A stretch of DNA of 64,000 nt from Escherichia phage 132: sequence record MZ417521; one strand, given 5' to 3'. Shown piece by piece: positions 54,878 to 64,000 of this stretch (position 1 is the first letter of the stretch; every line of letters begins with the position of its first letter). Under the pieces are notes generated by a model. It ran no database searches. It saw only the letters and a list, made by a program, of their open reading frames with translations, and had not been told where the DNA came from. The position numbers and the translations under genes are program-made.

Positions 54878-54885
54878 TATAAATA
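54878..54885 (+). promoter_or_regulatory. Late promoter TATAAATA for holin t
   Basis: Exact TATAAATA 20 nt upstream of t ATG; GGAGG RBS. Confidence 0.65.
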
Positions 54886-54904
54886 TTGATAAATTGGAGG
54901 TAAT

Positions 54905-55561
54905 ATGGCAGCACCTAGAATATCATTTTCGCCCTCTGGTATTCTGTTTGGTGTTCTAGATCGCTTGTTCAAAGATAACGCTACCGGGAAAGTTCTTGCT
55001 TCCCGAGTAGCTGTCGTAATTCTTTTATTTATGATGGCGATTGTTTGGTATAGGGGAGATAGTTTCTTTGAGTACTATAAGCAATCAAAGTATGAAACAT
55101 ACAGTGAAATTATTGAAAAGGAAAGAAATGCACGCTTTGAATCTGTCGCCCTGGAACAACTCCAGATAGTTCATATATCATCTGAGGCAGACTTTAGCGC
55201 GGTATATTCTTTCCGCCCTAAAAACTTAAACTATTTTGTTGATATTATAGCATATGAAGGAAAATTACCTTCAACAATAAGCGAAAAATCACTTGGAGGA
55301 TATCCTGTTGATAAAACTATGGATGAATATACAGTTCATTTAAATGGACGTCATTATTATTCTGATTCAAAATTTGCTTTTTTACCAACTAAAAAGCCTA
55401 CTCCCGAAATAAACTACATGTACAGTTGTCCATATTTTAATTTGGATAATATCTATGCTGGAACGATAACCATGTACTGGTATAGAAATGATCATATAAG
55501 TAATGACCGCCTTGAATCAATATGTGCTCAGGCGGCCAGAATATTAGGAAGGGCTAAATAA
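54905..55561 (+). CDS. t: Holin T
   Basis: 218 aa; single TM LASRVAVVILLFMMAIVWY with large periplasmic domain. Confidence 0.95.
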   Translation: MAAPRISFSPSGILFGVLDRLFKDNATGKVLASRVAVVILLFMMAIVWYRGDSFFEYYKQSKYETYSEIIEKERNARFESVALEQLQIVHISSEADFSAVYSFRPKNLNYFVDIIAYEGKLPSTISEKSLGGYPVDKTMDEYTVHLNGRHYYSDSKFAFLPTKKPTPEINYMYSCPYFNLDNIYAGTITMYWYRNDHISNDRLESICAQAARILGRAK

Positions 55562-55834
55562 TTATTTGTTTGTATACATCTCTAGATATCGATATACACC
55601 TTCAAAACCCTCGTTGAATTCGTCGATGAGGGTTTTCTTATCTTCTTGGGTTAATTCAGAAACAATTTTACGGAATGAATTCTGATTTAACTTTCTACCT
55701 TCATGCGTTACTCCAATCTCATTCAGAAATGCAATAAAATTAGCACGATTCTCAACAATATCTTCTCTGGAAAATTTAATCAAAATAGATGCAACAGTAA
55801 TAATTTCACGAACTGTATCAATGTTTTTATTCAT
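55562..55834 (-). CDS. asiA: AsiA anti-sigma70 factor
   Basis: 90 aa; MNKNIDTVREIITVASILIKFSREDIVENRANFIAFLNEIG. Confidence 0.95.
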   Translation of the reverse strand: MNKNIDTVREIITVASILIKFSREDIVENRANFIAFLNEIGVTHEGRKLNQNSFRKIVSELTQEDKKTLIDEFNEGFEGVYRYLEMYTNK

Positions 55835-55846
55835 TAACTATACCAC

Positions 55847-55999
55847 TCAATTAGTTGACTTTATTATAATATCATCAGACACTTGATTTGTAAACCGGTC
55901 TGTGCTATTTTCTTCAAAAATTTTTTCTACGAATTCCTTGAACGACTCACGTTCCTGAGCTACATTATGCTCGATTACCTTTTCAAGATTATGACTCAT
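55847..55999 (-). CDS. Hypothetical small acidic protein between arn and asiA
   Basis: Hand-translated 50-aa ORF MSHNLEKVIEHNVAQERESF...; ATGA overlap with arn stop; below track cutoff. Confidence 0.4.
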   Translation of the reverse strand: MSHNLEKVIEHNVAQERESFKEFVEKIFEENSTDRFTNQVSDDIIIKSTN

Positions 56000-56274
56000 T
56001 CGAAATAATCTTCAATTTCGTAATCATGGACGTAAATCATTATAGTTTTTAATACATCATCAATACTTTTTCCTGGAGCTGGAATTACGTAAAAATATCC
56101 CGCCTTTGAGTTATCTTTATAAGTTCCAACCAAGAAATCATTATTCTCGAGATGTAGTTCTTCAACTAATTCATTAACAATTGAGTGGTATAAATTTGGT
56201 AGAAACTTATATAGCTTTTCTAGAATATCAATTTTTATTGTATATTGAACTACAGATTGAGAATCAATAATCAT
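55996..56274 (-). CDS. arn: Arn, anti-restriction nuclease (McrBC inhibitor)
   Basis: 92 aa, same as T4 Arn; acidic DNA-mimic-like composition. Confidence 0.9.
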   Translation of the reverse strand: MIIDSQSVVQYTIKIDILEKLYKFLPNLYHSIVNELVEELHLENNDFLVGTYKDNSKAGYFYVIPAPGKSIDDVLKTIMIYVHDYEIEDYFE

Positions 56275-56357
56275 AGACCTTCCCCTTATGTTTCTGTTTG
56301 CGATTAGATTCTTTAAACGCTTTCTTCTTATCTTTATGGACAGAAGCTCTATTAAAA

Positions 56358-56576
56358 TTATGTTTTGCGACTAAATTGTTCATAGTGCTGAATTACCTCT
56401 CTCAAACATTTGCACGTGAATGAAAACTTTTTAGCTACACCACATTCAAATATATGTTCTCTTAAATCACGTGTATCAGTATATCCCATCTCAACAATAA
56501 AATGCCGTATTAGATTTTTATCTTTATCATTGAGAGAGTTAAAATAATCGGATTTTGAATTAATTTCCCTGGCCAA
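56358..56576 (-). CDS. Hypothetical protein, arn-motA accessory cluster
   Basis: 72-aa ORF. Confidence 0.55.
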   Translation of the reverse strand: MAREINSKSDYFNSLNDKDKNLIRHFIVEMGYTDTRDLREHIFECGVAKKFSFTCKCLREVIQHYEQFSRKT

Positions 56577-56856
56577 ATTGAATCACCTTCAGTTGACGTT
56601 TTAGTTCTTTTATCATTTCTTCGTTCATCGCAATATAAAGATCGCGTAAAGCAGGTTTTAGCATTCCATTTATTGGAGAACTAAATGGACACACATAATC
56701 TTTTCCTACGAGCTTTTTGGTGAATTCCATATTACAGAACTGAAATGCCGGTTCATTGGCATAAATTCCCCAATTAGTTGACATCATTTTATTGGCATAT
56801 TCTAATGCCTGGATTTGATTCATAATTCCATCAATTTGAAACTTTTTAATATTCAT
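56560..56856 (-). CDS. Hypothetical protein, arn-motA accessory cluster
   Basis: 98-aa ORF. Confidence 0.6.
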   Translation of the reverse strand: MNIKKFQIDGIMNQIQALEYANKMMSTNWGIYANEPAFQFCNMEFTKKLVGKDYVCPFSSPINGMLKPALRDLYIAMNEEMIKELKRQLKVIQFGQGN

Positions 56857-57317
56857 TAGTAAAGGTCCTCAGAGTAAAGTTCTTTTTCACTACCACCACG
56901 TTCAATACGTACTTGTCCAGCGTAAGTTGCAATAATCATTGCTTCTTCACGTGTCCAATAATTACTATATTGGTCAATAAACCCTTGATCATCATCACAA
57001 ACTTGCTGAGTAACTAATTGGGGTTTAACTACATCTAAAACTGCTGCCATATCTTTAGAATAATGACGAGCACCTGGAATAACAAGAGTTCGTCCATCTT
57101 TTAATTTAAAACGGTTGGCTGCGCAAACAATTCGTCGTTGATACTTTTGGTTTTCATCCCAGTATGCGGTTTGCCAACAGATTTCAGGAACTTCTGCAAG
57201 AATATCTTCTTCTGTGCATTTATAACCATGCGCTTTAAATTTTTGAACAAGACTTTCTGGAGTCTCACGAGATAAAGGAACATTCAGCATTTTTAAACGA
57301 TTAATAAATGGATTCAT
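56856..57317 (-). CDS. Hypothetical protein, arn-motA accessory cluster
   Basis: 153-aa ORF, no motif recognised. Confidence 0.65.
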   Translation of the reverse strand: MNPFINRLKMLNVPLSRETPESLVQKFKAHGYKCTEEDILAEVPEICWQTAYWDENQKYQRRIVCAANRFKLKDGRTLVIPGARHYSKDMAAVLDVVKPQLVTQQVCDDDQGFIDQYSNYWTREEAMIIATYAGQVRIERGGSEKELYSEDLY

Positions 57318-57643
57318 TTAAACCATCCTTTAATACGTTGCCGCAAAGTTTTCTGTTGAGCTTTGTTAACACCAATTGAGCGAATAACTGGTTGAGATTC
57401 CTGGAATTCTTTATAATCAGCAAGGTAAATTTCATAAGCTGAATCCGTAAAGGAACTTATAGCTGCCATGAAATTATTGCGAATACCTACTGGAGCATCT
57501 TTACTTTCACGAATAATCATGTATTTGCCAGTCTTAATCTTTACGATAGTTCCAAGATAAGCTCCATGATACCAGATGTCCCATCCCTCTTGAGTAGGTT
57601 CTGCACAACGACGAAGTTCATTAACAATTTCTAACTTGTTCAT
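57314..57643 (-). CDS. Hypothetical protein, at the T4 motA.1 position
   Basis: 109-aa ORF immediately downstream of motA. Confidence 0.65.
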   Translation of the reverse strand: MNKLEIVNELRRCAEPTQEGWDIWYHGAYLGTIVKIKTGKYMIIRESKDAPVGIRNNFMAAISSFTDSAYEIYLADYKEFQESQPVIRSIGVNKAQQKTLRQRIKGWFK

Positions 57644-57653
57644 TATTTATTCC

Positions 57654-58289
57654 TCACAGTTCAGATGCTACAGTAATTACCGCTTCAATGTTTTCTGCCG
57701 AGCGTTTAATGTCAAGATACACATTACCGTTTTTAGCGATTTTACATGACATACCGATGTCAGTAAATTTCTGAATATGATGTTCCATCATTTTGTATCC
57801 AAAAATTCGCATATTTCCATTGTTATTAATTTCAAAATTACGAATTCCGTGAGTGCGTTTTTCTAAAATAGCAAGATAGTTACTACGATAAGTTTCAACT
57901 TTTTTAAGAACAAATCCATTTTCATCTAAAAGTTTTAGCATGAGGTCTTTATCTTCTTCCATATCAGAAGTAATCTCGCGAGCTTTACGAGTAGCACGTT
58001 TTTTCAGAAGTTCTGGAGCATTTTCCTGCGCATATAAAGTTGCTGCGTTTGAAATAATATCTTGCGCTTCGCCTGTGATGATTAATCCATCACCTGATTT
58101 CTCTACCAGGCCTTTTTTAATCAATACCCCAATATTACTATTAACTACTGCGTTACCTAAATCTGGATGCACCTCACGAACTTCTGCAGCTGTAATGAAA
58201 TCTTTCTTAGCAATGGTAATTAAAATCGCAGCAGTTTTTTCATTCAGAACATCGTTAGAAGCTTTGATGATGTAAGTTACTTTAGACAT
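57654..58289 (-). CDS. motA: MotA middle-promoter transcription activator
   Basis: 211 aa, same as T4 MotA. Confidence 0.95.
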   Translation of the reverse strand: MSKVTYIIKASNDVLNEKTAAILITIAKKDFITAAEVREVHPDLGNAVVNSNIGVLIKKGLVEKSGDGLIITGEAQDIISNAATLYAQENAPELLKKRATRKAREITSDMEEDKDLMLKLLDENGFVLKKVETYRSNYLAILEKRTHGIRNFEINNNGNMRIFGYKMMEHHIQKFTDIGMSCKIAKNGNVYLDIKRSAENIEAVITVASEL

Positions 58290-58314
58290 TTTCTAATCTC
58301 CGTAATTCTGTATC

Positions 58315-58362
58315 AGTAGTTGATAGTTGTATAGTACCACAGTATGCTTTGGTTGTAAACAG
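58315..58362 (-). promoter_or_regulatory. T4-type early promoter for motA with UP element
   Basis: Minus strand aaaattttttcacaaaact-GTTTAC, 17-nt spacer, TATACA-actatcaactac. Confidence 0.6.
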
Positions 58363-58390
58363 TTTTGTGAAAAAATTTTAAAATAAAAAA

Positions 58391-58410
58391 GGGAGAGCCG
58401 AGGCTCTCCC
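58391..58410 (-). terminator. Hairpin GGGAGAGCC-GA-GGCTCTCCC downstream of 52.1
   Basis: 9-bp GC-rich stem, T-run on the minus strand. Confidence 0.6.
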
Positions 58411-58415
58411 TAAAA

Positions 58416-58565
58416 TTACTGCATGACTGTGATAACTGTCATGATAACACGTTGAATGCCGAACGCAAGAAGACCTCCTGCTACGGCTGGAACAACACCT
58501 AAACCCGCCAGTAAAATGCTACCGGATACTAATGCCGCGCTTGTAATACCAATGAATGGACTCAT
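58416..58565 (-). CDS. Small hydrophobic membrane peptide, at the T4 52.1 position
   Basis: Hand-translated 49-aa ORF MSPFIGITSAALVSGSILLAGLGVVPAVAGGLLAFG...; ATGA overlap with gene 52 stop. Confidence 0.5.
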   Translation of the reverse strand: MSPFIGITSAALVSGSILLAGLGVVPAVAGGLLAFGIQRVIMTVITVMQ

Positions 58566-59890
58566 TTGATTTCCTCTAAATCTTTAGTGTATTCGGTAAC
58601 TACATCAGTAGTTTTCCAATATTCGTTTTCTTCTTTTTTAGCTTTAGCTTCTTCTGCAAGTTTCTTTGCTTCATCAGAAGTCATATGAAAAATATTCATT
58701 CCGACTAGTTTATCAACATAAGAAGAATACATATCAATTTTAGAAAGTTCTTCGGTCAGTTCTTTGCGAGTTTTACCCTGTACAACAATTTCACCTGAAA
58801 TTACTTTCTTAATGAAATGCGCCTTGGCAAAGGCTAAACGAAATGCTGATTCAGTTTCCTTGATTTTGTTATCAATTCGTTTTTGGACGTAAGTTTTACG
58901 AACTTCAACAAAGTCTTTAATTAAATCAACTACGTTATCGTAAACTTGCAGTTTTCCTTTCTCATTAATGACGGTAATATTCTGAGAACGACGCTCAATC
59001 AACCCGAAGTCTTTCATAATTTTTGCATGGCGTTCTTCTTCATTATCGCTCAAAGAATATTCTTTACGGAATTTAACTTTGAATCCAAAACCATGCTCAC
59101 CACAAGCATCATCCCATGTAATGAAGCCTTTATCTTCAAGTGGGTCTAAGATTTTACTCACATAAGTTTCACGATCATACTTATACGGAATCTCAGTGAT
59201 ATGCATTTGAGTTCGTGAAGTAAACTTATATGTTCCACGAATTTCATATTGCCCATCAATTTCAACGACTTCACCACGAAATTCTGGGAATTCTACCTTC
59301 GGTTTAGTTACTTTCTTTCCTTGAAGAGCTTGCAGTACAGCTTTCTTAACAGAAGAAACACTATGAGGAAGAATGTAAGTTGCATAACCAGTTGCAATAC
59401 CGGAAACGCCATTAAGAAGAACAGTAGGAATAATAGGCAAATAGAAAGCAGGCGGAATGTGTTCTTTATCTTGATGTACTGGAGCATATTCAGTATCTTT
59501 ATATACGTTATAGAAATTTTTACTTACACGAGCAAAAATATAACGACTAGCTGCTGCCTTTTGGACAGTACGAGAACCGAAGTTTCCTTGACCATCTAAC
59601 AAAGGAAAGTTATTATTCCAAGTGTTAGCCATCAAAGCCCCCGCATCTTGTGCAGAGTTTTCACCATGGTGATATCCAAGGTCCGCTACACCACCTGCAA
59701 TAGAAGCGAGTTTGTGAAACTTATCTTTATTTCCTCGTGCCAAATCAAGAGCTCGAGCAATAACAAATCGTTGAACTGGCTTAAATCCATCAATCATATT
59801 TGGAATAGCACGATTTTCAACCGTGTACATAGCATAAGCCAATGCTTCATTATCAATGATACTTTTTAAATCGCGATTATTCAGTTGCAT
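58562..59890 (-). CDS. 52: DNA topoisomerase II medium subunit gp52
   Basis: 442 aa, same as T4 gp52. Confidence 0.95.
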   Translation of the reverse strand: MQLNNRDLKSIIDNEALAYAMYTVENRAIPNMIDGFKPVQRFVIARALDLARGNKDKFHKLASIAGGVADLGYHHGENSAQDAGALMANTWNNNFPLLDGQGNFGSRTVQKAAASRYIFARVSKNFYNVYKDTEYAPVHQDKEHIPPAFYLPIIPTVLLNGVSGIATGYATYILPHSVSSVKKAVLQALQGKKVTKPKVEFPEFRGEVVEIDGQYEIRGTYKFTSRTQMHITEIPYKYDRETYVSKILDPLEDKGFITWDDACGEHGFGFKVKFRKEYSLSDNEEERHAKIMKDFGLIERRSQNITVINEKGKLQVYDNVVDLIKDFVEVRKTYVQKRIDNKIKETESAFRLAFAKAHFIKKVISGEIVVQGKTRKELTEELSKIDMYSSYVDKLVGMNIFHMTSDEAKKLAEEAKAKKEENEYWKTTDVVTEYTKDLEEIK

Positions 59891-60027
59891 AAATTTACCA
59901 TACTAGTGAATGTAGTGCCATAATAACATCAGAAATGAAAAGCACGACTTGAATTAATCCAAACATTACTCCATAATATAGTGCTATTAATAAAATAGCA
60001 AGGGCTAATGAATAGCCCAAGATTTTC

Positions 60028-60186
60028 TTAATCATTAGTAGATAACAACACAAATGTTAAATATGCACACATACCCTGAGCTAAAGCTTGCGAAAACACA
60101 CTGCTAGCATCAATACAGATAGTTAAAACACATGCTACTATCCAACAAATAAATGAAATAACTCCTAATAATTTTGCAATATTCAT
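60028..60186 (-). CDS. Small membrane protein, possibly Ac (acridine sensitivity) type
   Basis: 52 aa from internal ATG (MNIAKLLGVISFICWIVACVL...); a paralogous ~51-aa peptide lies just downstream near 60195-60350. Confidence 0.5.
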   Translation of the reverse strand: MNIAKLLGVISFICWIVACVLTICIDASSVFSQALAQGMCAYLTFVLLSTND

Positions 60187-60359
60187 AATATTCTCCTCAA
60201 CTATTTTTAGAACCAATGTACGCGAATAATGATAAAATCGCTAATACGCCCTGAGCTGATGCTTGCAAAAATACTGAAGTTTCTCCAGTTATTACTGTTC
60301 CGATGCATAAAAAGAACCAACAGAAAAAGGCTATACCGTGAACAAATTTCATATTTTCC

Positions 60360-60440
60360 TCACTGGCGTCCGAAGACGCCTTTGGTTTTAAGATTGTTAC
60401 GATAGAACTGCATCACGTGTTCGTTGTGGAAATTACTCAT
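60360..60440 (-). CDS. stp: Stp peptide (suppressor of three-prime phosphatase; modulates the host Prr system)
   Basis: 26-aa [29 protein letters not shown] matches T4 Stp from memory; coordinates hand-derived, +/-1. Confidence 0.75.
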
Positions 60441-60898
60441 TAATATGCCTGCAAAACGAATTTAAAGTTATCAGCCAACATACGGTTCATTTCTTCAAGT
60501 GTTTGATACTCAGAATGATGATTACGAGTAAACGCCAAAGCTAACTGACCTTTACCAAATCCTGTCGTCAGAGGTTTCATCTTAGAAGCAGGCAGATAAA
60601 ATACTGTGTATGGAACATTGTTATTTGCAATAGTACGTGCAAGCTGAGACCGACGTTGACGAATATGACTTAGAACTGCACTGAATCCTTGCTTAGAACG
60701 CTGATTACCTACATAAAATCGTGCAGACACGCATGGATTACTAAATAGACGACCATCTAATTTACTTACTAAAAAGTAAAATCCAGGTTTAGATAAAATA
60801 TCTTTATGCGGAGTTCCCAAAAACCATTCACCACCCTTGATTGTACCAATAACAGTAGCACCTGCGTTGTTCAGATCAGTAACAGTCATATATTTCAT
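60440..60898 (-). CDS. ndd: Ndd nucleoid disruption protein
   Basis: 152 aa from [15 protein letters not shown] (track ORF begins at an upstream GTG). Confidence 0.9.
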
Positions 60899-60958
60899 AT
60901 TAATTTCCTCTAAATTATTTTCTACTCCAAGGCCGCATGAATACACACGGCCATTAAA

Positions 60959-61174
60959 TTACTCGTCGCAGTCGACGCTCAATTCCCAGAATTCTTCTAC
61001 GGTGTAAGTTTCAGTATCATTTTCAATACAGAAACGTTCATTACTATTATTTGCTAAAGTAGCATTAACTGTCGGTTTCTCGCTAGTGCTCTTAAGAGGT
61101 GAAATACGAATTAACTGATCACCATTATCTAAACAGAAAATTTCACCAACTTTTACATCTTTAAAACTTTTCAT
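60959..61174 (-). CDS. Hypothetical protein, ndd.x cluster
   Basis: 71-aa ORF. Confidence 0.6.
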   Translation of the reverse strand: MKSFKDVKVGEIFCLDNGDQLIRISPLKSTSEKPTVNATLANNSNERFCIENDTETYTVEEFWELSVDCDE

Positions 61175-61289
61175 AATTCACCTCAAGGAGTATAAAATCC
61201 AAATGCAGTTGTTGACCATCCCATCCAATATGGGAAATTTGCGCCAATGTAAAACATAAGAATATAAAACCAAATGTTTAGTAAATTCA

Positions 61290-61508
61290 TCATTTTACAC
61301 CATTCCAAATTGTTTCAACTACGGATTTTAAACCGTTTTGATGAATATCCATTCCGACTACCGCCATCAAATAGATTCCAACTACAACTGAACCTAAGGC
61401 AAAAATCAGCATGAAAATGAACAAAGCCGGAAAAATATTATCGAAAAACCATTCAATAAATGTAAAAGCACTGCGTTTACGCTTCATATTTTCCTCACAT
61501 AAATCCAA
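61290..61508 (-). CDS. Small membrane protein, ndd.x cluster
   Basis: 72-aa ORF with hydrophobic helix ALFIFMLIFALGSVVVGIYLMAVV. Confidence 0.55.
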   Translation of the reverse strand: MDLCEENMKRKRSAFTFIEWFFDNIFPALFIFMLIFALGSVVVGIYLMAVVGMDIHQNGLKSVVETIWNGVK

Positions 61509-61619
61509 AGTAAGCGTTTAATACATCAATCATTAAAACGATTGGGAATATACTCAAAACTATTAGTATTATAACTACATTCCATATAGCTTTAATAATC
61601 TTTTTCATTTTCTGTTCCT

Positions 61620-61665
61620 CCGTAGTTGATAGGGTAATAGTACCACGGAAGAACAGTCTTGTAAA
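61620..61665 (-). promoter_or_regulatory. T4-type early promoter
   Basis: Minus strand GTTTAC, spacer, TATTAC-cctatcaactac. Confidence 0.5.
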
Positions 61666-61851
61666 CAACTTTTTTAAAAATATTCGTAATAAATGTGAAT
61701 ACCAACTACTACCGCTGAAACCTGTGCAACCCACCACGCACAAGCAATAAGTACAGAATTCAAAATTTTCATAATAACCTCATCACAAAAGTAAATGTTA
61801 AACAAATCAATGGAATACTAATTAACCAAACAAAACACCACCATAATGAAC

Positions 61852-62115
61852 TCATAGTTCAATCTCAATGATTTCAAGATTATTTTCTTTAATAGCTTTC
61901 TTTAAATCATCGTAAATAAGAACTTCCCAAGAATTGTTTAAATCACCATTCAACAAACGCTCTTGTTGCAATTTATCAGTAAGATATGGTTGGTCTGATT
62001 CATATTTAGACAATCCCAATGAAATAAATGATGTTGCATCGTCAATTTCAGAATATTGTACATGAACAAATTCACCTGTGATTTTATGTTTAACATAAAA
62101 GAATTTAAATTTCAT
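61852..62115 (-). CDS. Hypothetical protein, ndd.x / denB-proximal cluster
   Basis: 87-aa ORF with upstream early promoter. Confidence 0.6.
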   Translation of the reverse strand: MKFKFFYVKHKITGEFVHVQYSEIDDATSFISLGLSKYESDQPYLTDKLQQERLLNGDLNNSWEVLIYDDLKKAIKENNLEIIEIEL

Positions 62116-62121
62116 TTTTGT

Positions 62122-62170
62122 TCCTCTGTAGTTGATAGTTGTATAGTACCACGGTCCTTGTGGTATGTAA
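62122..62170 (-). promoter_or_regulatory. T4-type early promoter
   Basis: Minus strand GTTTAC, 17-nt spacer, TATACA-actatcaactacag. Confidence 0.6.
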
Positions 62171-62188
62171 ACTAGTTTATGAAATTTT

Positions 62189-62746
62189 TTAGATGGAAAG
62201 ATACCATCCGTTGTAGTTGCTTTTTCGCACTACCTTACGAAGGTCTTCTCTATCACCGATGAATTTCGGAGTGTACTGGATGACACCTGGATGAATTTCT
62301 TTAGTGTTGAATATAATTATACAGTCAGCGACTTGATGATTTAGAATGGGCCCTAAATTTATTCCAGAACCATATGGATACTCTCCGCTGCATCCCGTTG
62401 TTACCGAAATCCAACGCGAGTCAGTTTGATGTGTTTTGACTTCTACACGAAGCCCGCAATATTTTGGATGCGCTAAAACATCCCATGCATACGTGTACGG
62501 ATCATCGACATTTTCTTGGCCTTTATTGACATATCCGCTTAGCCAATCTGCCACAAAAAACTCTGCGTACACAGCGATACGGCATCTTTCGATAACTTCT
62601 GCTTTATCCTGGTTCGGGTTTTGTTTTAAAGAGTATCTTGCTGTATCAGCAATTTTGACCTTCATTTCATTGGTTAAATCGCTGTTCGATAGAGTAAATG
62701 TCGGAATCTGAAATAGTCTCTGCAAACCCGGATTCGTTTTCTGCAT
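62189..62746 (-). CDS. denB: Endonuclease IV
   Basis: 185 aa, same as T4 DenB. Confidence 0.9.
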   Translation of the reverse strand: MQKTNPGLQRLFQIPTFTLSNSDLTNEMKVKIADTARYSLKQNPNQDKAEVIERCRIAVYAEFFVADWLSGYVNKGQENVDDPYTYAWDVLAHPKYCGLRVEVKTHQTDSRWISVTTGCSGEYPYGSGINLGPILNHQVADCIIIFNTKEIHPGVIQYTPKFIGDREDLRKVVRKSNYNGWYLSI

Positions 62747-62811
62747 TTAAACTTTCCTTTATGTCGGAATCACTGATATTCATATAAATCATAATTTCTC
62801 TTAAAACAAAA

Positions 62812-62823
62812 GGGCCGAAGCCC
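62812..62823 (-). terminator. Hairpin GGGC-CGAA-GCCC
   Basis: GC stem with flanking T-run. Confidence 0.45.
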
Positions 62824-62828
62824 TTATT

Positions 62829-63023
62829 TTATTTGAATTGTGCAATTCTTTTCTCTAGACATTCAGCATAAGATTTCATTGAGATAAACTGCGAAAGTAA
62901 CAGTTCTTGCTCAACTGCACTAACCGTTAGAAACTTTGCGCTTTCTAAAAATTTACTCAGTGCATTAATTTTGAGCATTAATTGATCGTATTCTTCTTTT
63001 ACTCGTGCTTGATAACCTAACAT
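62829..63023 (-). CDS. Hypothetical protein, at the T4 denB.1 position
   Basis: 64-aa ORF. Confidence 0.6.
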   Translation of the reverse strand: MLGYQARVKEEYDQLMLKINALSKFLESAKFLTVSAVEQELLLSQFISMKSYAECLEKRIAQFK

Positions 63024-63051
63024 AATTTTCCTTAGTTAAGGGCCAAAGCCC

Positions 63052-63990
63052 TTATTTAAATTGTTCAGTAACGTCTTCAACTACTTCGTATTGGCAGGTA
63101 CGCATTTTAGCATCGTTGTAATCAATCGGAATTGATACTACATCACGTGGATGTACTTTAACTTTTACAACTCGGCTGGTTGAACTGCCAAAGTGACGAA
63201 TATAAGATTTAGAACATACATGCAGACCACGAGAACAAGTTTGTGTATCATCGTCATTCACACGAGTACGCGGCATTTTAACTACTTTACCAGGACTGTT
63301 ATCAAAGGTGTTTGAGTGACAGTCAAAGTAGTTGTCACGAACTACTTTCCAAGCATAGAAGTAACCATCTTCTGTAATTTCAATATCGTTTGCTACCAAG
63401 AAATCAAAGAGTCGAGATACCGCTTTCTGGCTTGGGTTTTCCAGCAGATTTTCCAAGAACGGAAAATAAAATTCAAAGTTTTCACCTTTTTCCATCGAAT
63501 CGAGAATACGATCAACTAAACCAGACCGTAATTCGATATTTTGATAGAACAAGCTTCCGCCTTCAATTCGAACATCGCCGGAAATATATTTTTCAACAGC
63601 GCGACGAACATTAATTTTTTGTGCCGCTTCTTCTAACTTATCTGCTACGAGCAGATTAAGAATTTCCTGGAAGTTTGAATGAGTATTAGGAGTTGCGTTA
63701 TAAGTTACACCGTCAACAGTAATCGAAATGAATTTTTTAGATGCATTCCAAATAATGTCAGATTTAGCAACTGGAGCAATAACTGCATCGCTATTAACTT
63801 TAACTGTAATATCACCGCTAATAGTAACTTTAGAGCGTTTAGCTTCTTCAGCATTTTTCAAAACACGACGAATTGTGTCAACCGATACACCTTGCCAATC
63901 AGCCAATTCCTGTTGGGTGTAATTACCACTTGAATACAGTTTAACAATTTCAGCTTGTTCGTTTTTGGTCAGGCATTTAATATTGTACAT
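63052..63990 (-). CDS. rIIB: rIIB membrane-associated protector against exclusion systems
   Basis: 312 aa, same as T4 rIIB; window ends 10 nt upstream of its ATG. Confidence 0.95.
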   Translation of the reverse strand: MYNIKCLTKNEQAEIVKLYSSGNYTQQELADWQGVSVDTIRRVLKNAEEAKRSKVTISGDITVKVNSDAVIAPVAKSDIIWNASKKFISITVDGVTYNATPNTHSNFQEILNLLVADKLEEAAQKINVRRAVEKYISGDVRIEGGSLFYQNIELRSGLVDRILDSMEKGENFEFYFPFLENLLENPSQKAVSRLFDFLVANDIEITEDGYFYAWKVVRDNYFDCHSNTFDNSPGKVVKMPRTRVNDDDTQTCSRGLHVCSKSYIRHFGSSTSRVVKVKVHPRDVVSIPIDYNDAKMRTCQYEVVEDVTEQFK

Positions 63991-64000
63991 AATTTTCCTT

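Noticed and set aside
56271-56383. 39-codon basic peptide ORF (MNNLVAKHNFNRASVHKDKKK...) overlapping the arn start and the upstream 72-aa ORF
   Set aside because: Very short, overlaps two better-supported ORFs and has no clear RBS; kept only as a note.

Overview
This window is a contiguous ~64 kb block of a T-even (T4-like, Tequatrovirus) myophage genome, running from inside gene 23 (major capsid) to just upstream of rIIB. Almost every ORF maps onto the known T4 gene order: 23-24 (head), rnlB, hoc, inh, uvsW, uvsY, baseplate genes 25-26-51-27-28-29-48-54, alt, DNA ligase 30 and the 30.x cluster, rIII, 31, cd, pseT, spanins, alc, rnlA, denA, nrdB, nrdA, td, frd, 32, 59, 33, dsbA, rnh, long tail fibre genes 34-35-36-37-38, holin t, asiA, arn, motA, 52, stp, ndd, denB and rIIB. 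Regulatory signals are the expected T4 types: late promoters (TATAAATA), early promoters (GTTTAC -35 plus a TATAAT-like -10) and GC-rich tetraloop terminator hairpins. The phage is T2/T6-like rather than T4 itself: td and nrdB are uninterrupted, there are no seg homing-endonuclease genes at the T4 segD, segE or segG positions, gp37 ends in an autoproteolytic chaperone-type domain and gp38 is a glycine-rich adhesin. No clearly undescribed multi-gene system was found; the items worth a second look are an extra ORF between frd and td, two tandem Alt-family ADP-ribosyltransferase genes, an internal domain duplication in hoc, an apparent frameshift in gene 31.1, and a 200-bp non-coding gap upstream of rIII. 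All identifications come from reading the translations and motifs by eye; no database search was run, and hand-derived coordinates may be off by a base or two.
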